Source of the DNA: Balanoglossus misakiensis
Taxonomy: Eukaryota > Animalia > Hemichordata
Direction: 5' to 3'
Length of the DNA stretch: 64,000 nt
Assembly (NCBI GenBank): GCA_040954595.2
Contig: CM082594.2
Span: forward strand, 1,444,247 to 1,508,246
The notes beneath the pieces were generated by a model, which saw nothing but the letters and a program-made list of their open reading frames with translations, made no database searches and was not told the DNA's origin. This document shows, piece after piece, positions 1 through 11,401 of the stretch. Positions within the stretch are counted from its first letter, which is position 1, and each line of letters opens with the position of its first letter. The translations under genes were made by a program, and so were the position numbers.

Positions 1-423
1 ATCACTACTAGAATTTTAATGACAAATTTTATAAAATGGCTTGTTTTATTTGATAAACTTTGAATTGAAAGTCAAACTTCGTTTATTCAAATGTGTTTGA
101 AAGACAATTGCACCTTGTCAAACGGGTACACATCTACTTGTTCTGATTTTTAAAAACAATTTGTTGTTTATGTGGTTGCTGTTTTGAATTGTAACTCACT
201 ATGATGCAGATTTATATGAGAAATCTGTGTAAATAAATCTTTGCAATGTTACAGTCACAAATGTCTTGGTGTATAAAAACGTATGGATGTGTATGGTAGG
301 AACTACATTTTCTGGGCGGAATGATACTGATCGAAGGTGGTTGATGCTGATGGGTTTTGATTATTGTATAATAATGTTCATAAAAAGACAAATTTCTGCA
401 ATTATCGGAGGAACGTGAGAAAA

Positions 424-571
424 AGAATCCCACACACCAATGGTCTGAGATGAAATGTCTCACACTCGTTGGAGAATTTCTGTCTCACACTCGCCTTCGG
501 CTCGTGTGAGACAGAAATTCTCCAACTCGTGTGAGACATTTCATCTCAGACCATTGGGGGTGTGGGATTCT
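424..571. mobile_element. ~150-bp palindromic (hairpin) non-autonomous element with central CTCGCC-TTC-GGCTCG
   Basis: Left arm agaatcccacacaccaatggtctgagatgaaatgtctcacac... is the reverse complement of right arm ...gtgtgagacatttcatctcagaccattgggggtgtgggattct; 3-nt TTC loop. Confidence 0.85.
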
Positions 572-574
572 ATT

Positions 575-620
575 AATCCTGAGAATCCAGACGAGGAATT
601 CACCTTCCCTGGATGTTCAG
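575..620 (+). CDS. Partial exon (NPENPDEEFTFPGCS), probably the end of a sushi/CCP-like module of the surface-protein gene; 5' boundary unclear
   Basis: Good donor CAG|GTGAG at 620/621; phase 1 matches the acceptor at 999/1000; abuts the hairpin element upstream. Confidence 0.5.
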
Positions 621-999
621 GTGAGAAAAAAATGATTTGGTATCAGTAAAGAAATATAATCAGGTTGCACATGCACATTCAGAAAATTCTCCAAAGAGAG
701 AGAGTTGTGAAAGGGGGTATTCCAGCATTGAGACAATTTTCTTTTAGTTATAAATGAAAAGAGAAATATGAGTAATGCAAATTCTTGCTTTACAGTATGT
801 CAAGGTTGTGATTACAGGTAGATAATTTGTTAACATCATATCTGCTTACCCCAATATAAAGCTCCAGTACATTTGAGCTATTTTCTTAATATTTTGTTCT
901 GGGTAAGCAGCTGTAACTTTCCTGATTGGCTAAGCGGTTTCGCAGTCTAAGTCAATACATCGTTCGCTAGATTTGTTTGTTTGTATTGTTCTACTGCAG

Positions 1000-1252
1000 C
1001 TCCTGGGAAGACTCAACGTGGAGTGAATTGTGGCGTGTCATACAATTCACAGGCTGGTACATGTAACAATGGTGTCATCCAGCAATTGAGGATCAGTTTT
1101 ATGAACACTATCAACTATCTGAATGATTTGTTTGGTATTTGTGGCGGTGAATGCAACTTTGATGACCTTCAAATAACCTGCGGCGCCTCAAACCGAAGAA
1201 AGAGACAGGCTGATACTCAGCTTGTGGTTCAGTTCAGTTTCACAACCAATGC
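1000..1252 (+). CDS. Exon of a Cys-rich single-pass membrane protein (uninflatable/SVEP1/SCUBE-like) containing an RRKR furin-type site
   Basis: Acceptor ctgcag| at 999, donor |gtgagt at 1253; open frame APGKTQRGVNCG...ITCGASNRRKRQADTQLVVQFSFTTN. Confidence 0.8.
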
Positions 1253-1542
1253 GTGAGTAGTAATTGTTATTTTTCGAGTATTTTATTCCCCTTCTGTTCT
1301 ATTGAAATGACTTTGGTGACATGTCTAGGGTACTGATCCCAGGCTGTGTGAGGACCAGCTCTGTATTCCCTATACAGCTGGTGTTTGCATTATTGCAAAA
1401 TATTCCATTCATGCAAGTGAAAACAAATTATTTTGTGTCTTAACACTCAAACATTTTCAGTTTTTGGCAACCCCATCATTTCTGCCCACCTTCCTTCATG
1501 TTGCGGCATCCTGTATTCTAAAGATTCATGCATTCGAAATAT

Positions 1543-1645
1543 ACTGCAAAACATGTTATTTTCGCGAGCAGTAAATTTCTGCAAAACATGCGCTGGTCAA
1601 AAAAACGTTAAAATAAAAAGTTGTGTAAAATGTTTTTGGAGATAA
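1543..1645 (+). mobile_element. Left half of a TA-flanked CTG(T/C)A-type MITE, same family as 37694-37889
   Basis: tactgcaaaacatgttattttcgcgagcagtaaattt...aacgttaaaataaaaagttgtgtaaaatgtttttggagataa aligns by eye with the first ~100 bp of the element at 37694. Confidence 0.7.
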
Positions 1646-1754
1646 TGCCCCATTGGATTCTGGCAATCAGAAGAAGGAAAGTTTGTGTGTAATACTTGCC
1701 CAAAGGGAATGCTTACATTAGTTGAAGGAGCTACTGATGAGTCACAATGTCAGG
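1646..1754 (+). CDS. GCC2/GCC3 (ephrin-receptor-like) Cys repeat exon, 5'-truncated
   Basis: CPIGFWQSEEGKFVCNTCPKGMLTLVEGATDESQCQ; donor |gtaggt at 1755; preceded directly by an in-frame TAA, with no usable acceptor. Confidence 0.75.
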
Positions 1755-1998
1755 GTAGGTACTTGTGTTATTTGCTATTCTTGACTATCAATCACATGAT
1801 CTGGCCATGTGACGTACCCATGGCGTTATCATTTGTAAGTGACAGGCAAGCAATATTTCGGCATCCAGTAAACTTTTTTCCGAGTAGGTTTTTACTTTAG
1901 AACCGCCAGATATGTAACATATTCAACAGTTTAACAAATTCACGTGAGTGAAAAGCAGATAATCGTGAATATCAAAAAATTAATCTTCTCAATTACAG

Positions 1999-2166
1999 AG
2001 GTATGTAAATCAGTGGGAGTCCAACTTAGTGTCAATGGGTCTTGTGAGTCGTGTCCCATGGGAACCTATCGATCAAATGCTGAACTTCAGCCATCTTGTA
2101 TGCCGTGCCCATTTGGCTTCACCACAAGAACAGTCGGTTCAACCTTAAGTGAAGATTGTAATGTTC
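1999..2166 (+). CDS. GCC2/GCC3 repeat exon
   Basis: Acceptor ttacag|, donor |gtaagt; EVCKSVG...CESCPMGTYRS...CMPCPFGFTTRTVGSTLSEDCNV; phase 1-1. Confidence 0.88.
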
Positions 2167-2303
2167 GTAAGTATTATGTATACAACTTTTCATGTTGTAT
2201 CTCAACTGTACTGAACTGAAGGTTGTATTATTGTGCCTCAGTTGTTCAGAATAATGATAGTCCTCCAATTTTATTCTATGCTCTTTTTCCATTCCATCAA
2301 CAG

Positions 2304-2465
2304 CTTACTGCAATGTTGGTTGGTACTTGAATCAGGAGTCCTATAGATGTGAGAAATGCCCTGTTGGAACATATAACTTTGAATTCAACCAGGATGCTTG
2401 TCAACCATGCCCAACTGGCTACACTACAGGCAGAGAGGGTGCCCTATATGAAACAGAATGTGTTG
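2304..2465 (+). CDS. GCC2/GCC3 repeat exon
   Basis: Acceptor caacag|, donor |gtagga; YCNVGWYLNQESYRCEKCPVGTYNFEFNQDACQPCPTGYTTGREGALYETECV (frame not shown in the ORF track). Confidence 0.88.
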
Positions 2466-2770
2466 GTAGGAATAATTTTTCATAATCATAGAACTGATAA
2501 CATGCATGAAGTGCTTGTGGAGATCAACCTTAACTGTTCAATCTGACACAAACACTTCATTATAAGAAATTTTCTTCTTTATTTAGAGTATCATTTGATA
2601 TGTTGTGTGATCCAATATTTTTATATAATTTAATAATGCTCCTCTTTTAACACCTTTTCTGAAAATTTCACGGAAATAACAATATTGTAATACTGTTTTC
2701 TCAGAATTCTACATGTTAGGCTATGGAATGTGATAACCATGCACTGCATCTGGGTAGTCATCTAACTTAA

Positions 2771-2953
2771 AGGTATACAGTCACCTCCAATTTACAAACG
2801 CCCATATATGGCTGAAATGGAGTATATGAGAGTTCTAAAGAACATATGGTGGCGCTCTTTTTTGCATGTGCCACCCACTGAAAATCTGTGATTGGCTAGA
2901 TCTCCTTTTGCCATGGTAACTATAGCTAATTTTCCATAGGTGACCGTATACCT
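2771..2953. mobile_element. TTAA-flanked MITE (Kolobok/piggyBac-type) in an intron
   Basis: ttaa|aggtatacagtcacct ... aggtgaccgtatacct|ttaa. Confidence 0.8.
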
Positions 2954-3033
2954 TTAACTGGTGATATGTATGAAGATCCCATAGTTTTATTTGGTGGTCA
3001 GTTAAAGACATTGCAAGAATTTTTGTTTTCTAG

Positions 3034-3156
3034 ATGCACATGAATGTCGTCTTGGTCTGGATGACTGTCACCCAAATGCCACTTGCAGGAATCTTGTACC
3101 AGGATATGAATGCACTTGCAAAACTGGTTTCACTGGTGATGGAATAACTTGTACAG
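3034..3156 (+). CDS. Calcium-binding-type EGF domain exon
   Basis: Acceptor ttctag|, donor |gtatgt; DAHECRLGLDDCHPNATCRNLVPGYECTCKTGFTGDGITCT. Confidence 0.9.
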
Positions 3157-3468
3157 GTATGTAACTATCTACAACTGAAATGTCAACAGAAATATGTACA
3201 GCTAAAACGTAGACACTACTGTTGATTTTATGCTATTAAAGGGACAAAGTATCTCTCTTGCTGCCCTTTTTCCATTAATTATGTTTGATACAAGACACTG
3301 TTTATGTTATTCACCCGGTACATGTGGATATATAGTGAATCAACATTCGACAGCACACAACTTCCATTCCGTTTGTAAGAAATGAATCTACAAGTGGGTT
3401 TAGTTCTTGTCTAATACAAATGGTTCGTCAGGTAGAATAATGTGATGTGATTTTATTCTTGTGTCTAG

Positions 3469-3597
3469 ACAAATGTGAAGGGTTCTGCTCAAACAATGCT
3501 GTTTGCATCAAGGACAGTGATGGCAATCCTGTTTGTGAATGTACTGATGAATATCAAGGTGAAACTTGCCGCCAGAGAATACCAATGAAAGTTAAAG
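3469..3597 (+). CDS. Membrane-proximal EGF domain exon
   Basis: Acceptor gtctag|, donor |gtgtgt; DKCEGFCSNNAVCIKDSDGNPVCECTDEYQGETCRQRIPMKVK. Confidence 0.88.
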
Positions 3598-3864
3598 GTG
3601 TGTATACATTTCTTTGTCTTTTAATAACTCAAGATTAAAAAACAATATTCACTAAAGTTTACACATTTGTTTGATCTACATGATTACAGTTTACGTTGTC
3701 TTGAAAATATTTGTGAAAATGGTGAAACTGCAACATCTGCAGTATAACTAGATTTTTGGTCAACTAACCATTTTACAATAGTTAAGCATCATAATGAATG
3801 GTTTTCTTGCTTTTATCATAGCATATCGCCCCCGTGACAAATAGAAATATTTAAACTCTTACAG

Positions 3865-3961
3865 ATTCCTCCGTTGACACAGCTGTCATCATTGGTGGTG
3901 TTGCGGGAGGTTTAGCGGCTGTGTTAGTGCTTGGTGTAATAATGTTACTCATGTACCAACG
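3865..3961 (+). CDS. Transmembrane-helix exon
   Basis: Acceptor ttacag|, donor |gtaagt; DSSVDTAVIIGGVAGGLAAVLVLGVIMLLMYQR. Confidence 0.88.
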
Positions 3962-4307
3962 GTAAGTTATTTAGTACTACCAGAGTAGAATCGAGACAGC
4001 TGTAGAAATGTTGCCCATCAGAAAACTGGGAATTTACCTGTATCTTTCCATACATGCATGAGGCAACGTGAAAAATAATCTCATCTGTATCGTGGAAGCA
4101 AATTTATTCAAAGAGTTCATGCATAGACCTATTCGCGTATAGGGTAACTGCAGTGCATCATGGTATAATTTGCGTTCAACATGCATGGCGGCTAACAAGG
4201 CAAAGTCACGCGACCAGACCGCAAAGTGTCCAACAACCACCTGCGATATTCTACAGTAGTAACCACATCTCAACAAATCCCACATTGATGATGTTCTTGA
4301 CATTCAG

Positions 4308-4571
4308 GTGTGCTCTTGGAGGAAGAAACATCCGGGCTGGGAAGAACAAGAGGCATCTATGGATATCCATTGGTTTGATGATACAGATGATGTTGATAGC
4401 AAGGCAGGGGAAAGTGTGGAAGATGAGGAAGCCTTCAGAGAAATCTATCACTACAATCCCATGTATAGTGGCGACAGTGGTAGTGCCAGTGGAAGTGAGG
4501 AATGGAGACCAAGCCCTCTTAAGAGTAGAAATGAACTATTTCATGAGAGTCACGGAGACAGATACTTCTAA
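4308..4571 (+). CDS. Probable terminal exon: acidic cytoplasmic tail with NPxY motif
   Basis: RKKHPGWEEQEASMDIHWFDDTDDVD...EIYHYNPMYSGDSGS...DRYF*; acceptor ambiguous (4307 or 4321); followed by AT-rich UTR-like sequence. Confidence 0.6.
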   Translation: MCSWRKKHPGWEEQEASMDIHWFDDTDDVDSKAGESVEDEEAFREIYHYNPMYSGDSGSASGSEEWRPSPLKSRNELFHESHGDRYF

Positions 4572-6210
4572 TGTGCCATCTCTGTGTGTACATGTATGGT
4601 ATAATTCAAATGATAACTAGAATGGTTTTCATTTTGTGAGTTGACACAGTACTGTGATAAGCTTGGTATAATCCCATAAATGATAACAATAATAGTTATG
4701 CTTTGTCAGACGACAGTACTGTGATAAGCGCACATTAAATTGGTTGGAGTGAAACAGATCTTTATTATTACACTCTTAGCAACATCTGAATGAAATGATC
4801 ATAAATAATCATCTTTAAAGTATGTTGGTTATAAGGCTATATATTTTACATATTTTAAAGAATTTTCCTTAAAAATTTGTTATGACTTATTATAAGGTAT
4901 TGTGTAAAGAGAAAGATATGATAATACGAGAATTCCTAAACAACAACATATTTGTGTTGAATTTGGAGGACAAATTTAACAGTGTACCAATTCAGCTCTC
5001 CCTTTGCATGCTGACTTGCTTCTGTATTCATACATAGCAGCATTTATCCTTAACTTGATCAGATAGAAGGTCTTTTCATCCAAATGCATAGATTATGAAT
5101 TATTTCTCTCAATATATTCAGTGACTACCTCCCGATGTTATATATCCTCCTGAATTAGTGCTTCAAATTTTGATATTTTTCTTGATATTTTTCTTTAATT
5201 TGACTTCAACCGTTACCATTCTCCAAGACTGTAAAAGAAGGGAGATGATGATTAACTATTATCAATTTTTTTGCCCCTTGTACTGTCTTTACAACTGGCC
5301 GTATAAATCTGATATTTGTTTGGCATGCGAATTTTGGAATATGGATGTGTATGATCACAATTATAAGATCCTCAAAATAAAAGATCCTATCATTTCATTT
5401 GGTTAATAACCAGTTCATAGGTGAATGAAAATATAGTTACTCACTTTGAGACCTGACATGTATATATAATAATTCAAAGTATTTATTCGCATATTTTTAT
5501 ATTATTCATGGTGTTATAGATCAATGGACATTTTTCAAATTAAATTCATGTATATAAAATGTAGCAATGTAATGTCATATGTGAAACCCTTAATCTTGAT
5601 ATTGTAATTCATTGTAGAATATGATTATGTTGTGTTATTCACTCAACTTGTGCATGTATGTTTAAGATTCATGCAAAATTACTTTTTTATACAAACTGTT
5701 CCTTTTTGTGTTGTTCTGAGATGACAACTCATCAACAATGAAATAAGTTTGGGAAATTTTTGAACAAAGTCATGAAGTGGAAGTACTATAAATAAGTTTA
5801 ATATCTGTTAGAGTTGTCCTGCCAGAAGTCAACATTTTTAGCTTATACAAATACTGGTGCAACTACAGAACAGTTGAAGAATTTCATCATTATATTTATG
5901 TTTTAATTACAAGTATATCAATTGTACCTTTTCCTTATATTAAAAGCATGTTTTTATTATTATATTTAATTGAGTTCTTTGTCTACTTTTTTAAACTGAC
6001 AATTTGTCAGTCATTACCATAACCCTGGAGTGTATTTCACTGTGTCCAGAGATTCTTCTGTAGTTGTTATAATAAGACATCAAACCAGGTCCAATAATCA
6101 ATATTACTCAAGCTAAGCTAATTACCAGGTCCAGGTTCAAAAAAGAAATAAGTGAAAAACTTACAATTTCAACAGGATCATCTTGAACCACTGCTAAGTG
6201 GTAGTACTCG

Positions 6211-6659
6211 CACAGGGGGCTGCAAACATGAAAGTTATAAATGGCGGAGTTCCTGCATTTTCCCCCAATAAACATTAATTGATGAACAGTCTTTGTGCTT
6301 GTTTATTTTTCTGTGTTACCTCCACCTGTCTTAGCAGTTGCTAATCCAGAATACAAGCTATTGCATTTCCCATTAAGCACCTGCTAACGACTTAATCTGT
6401 GTGCCCCATCCACGGATTTAGTGGATTAAGTAAACATCGGTCAGTTCTCACTTGGTAAGAGAATACCCAGTACTCGCTGACCGATGTTTACTTTATTAAC
6501 TTAATCCGTGGATGGGGCACACAGATTAAGTCGTTAGCAGGTGATTAATGGGAAATGGATAGCTTTTATTCTGGATTAGCAAATGATAAGACAGGTTGGG
6601 AAAACGCAGAATGGAACGTACTTCGCCATTTATAACTTTCATGTTTGCAGCCCCCTGTG
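6211..6659. mobile_element. ~450-bp foldback element with CACAGGGGGCT termini
   Basis: cacagggggctgcaaacatgaaagttataaatggcg ... cgccatttataactttcatgtttgcagccccctgtg; inner arms also pair around ~6460. Confidence 0.85.
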
Positions 6660-7307
6660 GTACTAGGTGTCGGAAATGGGTAAGCACACCCTTCCAGCAT
6701 GCTACACCCGTTAAGACTGACCCAAAGAGACAGATTTAAGTTGAATTTGACTTAACTAACAAATTACTGTTGCAAGTCAAATCCATATTTTGACTTTATC
6801 TCTGACTGAGCGCAGGGAGTCTGAGAGACACTCCACGTCTTCCTCTTCACAAGCAGCCCACTTCAAGTTTCAGCAACATCCATAATAGTCCTAAAGTTGA
6901 GGTGCCAGTTAAAATTAGATGGCTCGACACAATTTTTTGGACCAAACTGGAATAGCTGCCGAAGTTTGGTATTTCAAATGATTGTCAGGTCACCTGTTTA
7001 TTATATGACTGAGGTTTCTAACAAAAGGGAGATGACATACAATCACAAGTGTAAATCCAATATTGAACATTACTTAAAGGGACAAATTGTTCAAATCCTC
7101 TTTTGAGCTTATTTGGTCAATTTTGTTTGATATGAAATGTGCCTATTATGCTTTTTGACTTCTTTAAACATGCTTAAATACTGGCCAATAAATAACTCCA
7201 CTATGTTTGAAATTAAACCAGATAGTACAATAATACATTCCAAATGTCATCTGTGATAACATCATGCTTTGGACTTTTTTACTTTATATATTACATAACA
7301 TGTTACG

Positions 7308-7548
7308 GAGGGGGGAGAGAGGTGAGAAAAGGAATGTGAAAAAGGAGAAGAAAAGCAAGAGGGCGGAAATGAGAATGTCAGGATGGAAAGGGAATGAGGG
7401 GAGGACTTTGACAGAAGGGGAGGGGAGAGACCGAATAAGTGAAGGTGAGAGAGGAAGTGGTTAGACAGGAAGAAAGGGAAATTAAAGCTCAATCACCACC
7501 ACCACCACCACCACAATCATCATCATCACCATCATTGCCATCATCATT
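7308..7548. repeat. Purine-rich low-complexity tract followed by a (CAC)n/(CAT)n microsatellite
   Basis: GA-rich run 7308-7480; caccaccac...catcatcat 7494-7548. Confidence 0.8.
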
Positions 7549-9290
7549 CTGGAGGCATCGTGGCCTGTATTGGCCCATGGGCATCATGGGCCAAAAAAAC
7601 TGATTCAGTGTAAATGTGCATAAACCACACTTTTGTACAAACTCCTGTAACCGGTGACGCAAGTCGTGAGTGAATTTGTGGGCGTGTCGCGACCTTTTCT
7701 GTGAACGTGATGCAGAGTGATATATTGATGACCCCCAGCCACCCCCACACCCTTTGGTAACACACTTCTTAAACTTTCTTTACATAGAATGGACTTCTCA
7801 AACCTTCCTTACCAAAGTTTTGATTAAAGACATCTATCTTCTAGGGTACTACCAACAGCGTTTCACGTGACTGTAGACAAGCATCAAGTACCTGTACACA
7901 GACAAGGGCGTGCGCGCGTCCACAATAATTTAAAACGAATGTTTCCACCGCCGTGTGTTTTATGCACATAAACACTGAATCAGCTTTAATATTGTCCCAT
8001 GATGCCCCGTGAGTTGTCAGGGTACCAAACTGACAATGCTGGAGAAAAAATGAAGTGTTGACATGCATGTTGTTAAGGGGTTTCACAATGCATGTTACGG
8101 ACGCTGGTTTCTCTTAGCAATAGAGTAGAGGCGTAATGATGGGTTGATCTTGTGATTAAGAATTTTGGCAAAGAAACAGAAATTGTGTCATTTAGTTTTG
8201 TATTAAACCCTATTCGCGTATTTTGTGTTAAAGCACGAAATACTGCAATAATGAGATACGGTAGTATTTAACACATATCATATATGATATAATATAGCTT
8301 TATCAATACCAGTGAATTTTGTGACGTCATTGCTGTACATTTTTTTATCTTTTATTTAAAACGCACAATGTTACATCAACAAATCAAAAGAAGAAACGAA
8401 CTGAAAACTCACATCATAGCTTCAAAATTTATTACACTTTCTGGATGGTTGCATGATTCCTAAGGCTTGTATACCTTCAACCTCAATGTCACGCGGGAGG
8501 ATTGGTGTTGGGAATGTAACGGGGAATTAAACTCTATCGATGGGGATAACTCGCTTGGCTAATACTGAGAGGTACCTATATGGAATCGTGCTGACGTCCA
8601 GATACATCGACACGAACACTGGGTATTTATGGTAGCAACTGAGAATATAAGAATTTAATGAAATAAACCTACTCGACCACTTGCGTTCTGAGGACAAGAA
8701 GGACACAAATAGTCCGCCATCCAAAAGACCGTTCCAGCATTTTATTTTTACCCGCCAAAAGACGCGGAGATATATTTTTAGATGAATGATCCATGCATAC
8801 TCTGATTGCATAGTACTTGTCTTCCTTGTGTTCCTTAAAACAATGAATGTATTGTATTTTCTTTTCTTTTCATCAGGAATGCGATAACTTTCTTAACACT
8901 TCAAAAGTTTCTTTACTCTTCAATCACTTCTGTCTCAACTTTTAAGTTTAACTTTTACTTCCAAATCTCAGGTCACAAACTCTATAGACTGCTAAAAAAT
9001 TTTCTTCCTAGTGTTGTATGCGCCACTTGTGAATTTTTGCGAGTGAGATTCACGGGCGTTTGAGCACAATTTATACAAAATATGTTTATCGCTATTAGAA
9101 AAACGTTCGCGTAGAATCAATGACGTCATGGTAAATTTTAGCTGCATGCTCCAATAGGGATGATAGGGAGACTACTTGTTGTAGAGCACCTGAAAATGTA
9201 CGTATTTCGTCACTTCCTTTTCGCGAAATTTAATTCTTAACGGCATCTTAGTTTTAAGATTTGTGATTCCTTTTTTCTTCAGTTGTACAT

Positions 9291-9590
9291 TTGCATCACG
9301 GGATACTTCTTTGTAGACTATCGAACCTTGGCATCTCAGACACAGTACTAACATGGTTTACATCTTACCTTCAATATAGATATCAAACTGTAATCATCGA
9401 AAACACTGCAAGTTCACAGTCACCTCTCGTATACGGGGTGCCACTGCCCCTCTGTTGTTCACCATTTATATAGCCCCACTTTATAGTAAACCGATTCGTC
9501 CCCACATCCTACAATTTCATCAGTACGCCGATGATAACCAGCGATACCTCGCCTTTTCCCATCAAGATTCAACCTCTGACGTTCCTGTCT
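9291..9590 (+). pseudogene. Non-LTR retrotransposon reverse-transcriptase fragment (CR1/L2-like), degraded
   Basis: HGILLCRLSNLGISDTVLTWFTSYL..RYQTV...YGVP, then after a frameshift PLLFTIY and QFHQYADDNQ (YADD motif). Confidence 0.85.
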
Positions 9591-9626
9591 TCTAAGGATT
9601 GTTGAACTTTAATTCATGCAGTTTGT

Positions 9627-10598
9627 TGTTACGGCCGGTCGTCCTCCGGACGTTTACCTCATCGGCTTCTGTGGGGAATCAGCCACGTCCGAAGGCTGAC
9701 GGCGTACATTCTCTCCATCTCCTTCTCCACCCAACATATTCATAAAGTCCGAGAGAGGTACCCGGCAGATCGTAAACCTTTCGTAGACAGAGACTTGCAA
9801 CAAGTTTTCCGAGTAACACAAAGTTCTGGTTTATTACTGGTCACACGTAAGAATTACACGACTCGATCAATGCTCGTTGACTCCTATCACGGATCTCCGG
9901 TGATAAACGTGTGATCTCAAATTTCACGACACCTTATTAATACATTAGTCAAGTATTAAGTCATAAAAGGAACACGTCATCTTAATATATCTTAAACATG
10001 AACTTAGCGCGTGATATCTCTATCTCGTTCTGACATGTATCAATTACACAATCTTGTTTACTCTGGGTCAAGTACCTATGTCAATACTGGACTAAAACCA
10101 TACAAGTGAATGACTTCTTACGTAATCATAGAAAAGATCTGTGAGCGTTAAAACTCAGTCGTGACACTTTCCCACTTTTCCAATAATCGAACTTCCACGT
10201 TCGATCAAAGAAAGAATGAAAACGAAAACCAAATCTGCGCTATCGGTTTTAAATACACTACGTCAAAATCAAACTCAATAATCACCTTTAAAATATCACA
10301 GCCTGTTCAAACAAATTAAAGAAAATCGCATAAAACGTTTTCAATGTCAAAATTCAAAACGACTTCACTGTTCTGACTTCTCGTCAAAGAGTGTCTCTTT
10401 TCCAGTGAAAAATTCAACAGTCAATAACCGCGTAAAAAATCAAGTCTGATAGTTCTTTCGTACAAACAGTCTCTTCACTGCTGTACTAACGGAGCAGGCA
10501 CATTCCAAAGATGCTCTCGAACACAATAACGGTTCCGGATAATACCGCCAAGTACGGAGCATTTCAGAGTGGATCCTAATGCAATACAAGCTCGTAAT
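9627..10598 (-). mobile_element. Possible solo LTR
   Basis: Starts TGTTACG and ends CGTAATA (imperfect TG..CA inverted ends); CpG-richer than the flanks; minus-strand AATAAA near 9830; no clear TSD. Confidence 0.4.
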
Positions 10599-10622
10599 AA
10601 ACAGTAAAAATGAATTTAATGA

Positions 10623-11030
10623 ATGTTAAAAGATCTTAATTTAATACCACTATCTGATCGCAGGAGAGAACAGCGGCTTCATCTTATGTACAAAATCGTA
10701 AATAACCAAATCGCAACTCCAGCCGAAAGTCATATTAAATTCAACCCACGTACATCCAGTAATTCACACTCAAGACCCCTGTTCATACCAATGTCAAAAC
10801 AGATACTTACACAGTTAACACTCCTTCATTCCGTGAACCATTATTGACTGGAACCACTTACCTGATAACATTGTAACTAGCACAAACCTAGAGCATTTTA
10901 AAACTGGTCTTTCAGGAATAACTAGTCATCACGACTAAATTCACCTTGCGCACCTGCAGGATTACTGCTCAATTTCTGAGTTACTCTGCAGTATTATACA
11001 GATACAGATACAGATACAGATACAGATACA
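10623..11030 (+). mobile_element. 3' end of a non-LTR retrotransposon with a (CAGATA)n tail
   Basis: MLKDLNLIPLSDRRREQRLHLMYKIVNN...SF.P.TIIDWNHLPDNIVTSTNLEHFKT is a typical CR1-group ORF2 C-terminus; hexanucleotide tail ~10997-11030. Confidence 0.85.
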
Positions 11031-11401
11031 CTTCATCATACTGTCAGGTTCAAAAATAACCACGACACGAATTCTTATGTGAAAGGATGCGTAAGACTAC
11101 AATAAAATCACGCTCAACTTCAACTACACTCTGGGACTTCTCTCTTGTCCCTCGTATGAACTCACATGCCAACTCAAAGGGCCATTTTCATACGCCAGAC
11201 CGTCTCCCTTGCGGTCATTAAAACATCTCGACTTCATCAGCAGACCGTCTCTCTTGTGGTCATCACAAAAACTTCAACAACTCCTCAAAAACCTATTAAA
11301 AACCTATTAAACTTCACTACACTTCACGGCATCACTTCAACAAAAGAATACACATTTACAATGTCGAAAACAAGGCAAAAACTTGGTGGAAAACAATATC
11401 T

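Noticed and set aside
1329-1420. Possible exon GTDPRLCEDQLCIPYTAG after a ctag acceptor
   Set aside because: That frame does not match the phase-2 donor at 1252, and no convincing donor or domain is evident
7262-7492. ORFs on both strands over the GA-rich tract
   Set aside because: Low-complexity artefact
8205-9165. Possible TIR element (ccctatt...aataggg ends, paired tgacgtcat motifs)
   Set aside because: The inverted match is too short and the boundaries and TSD are unresolved
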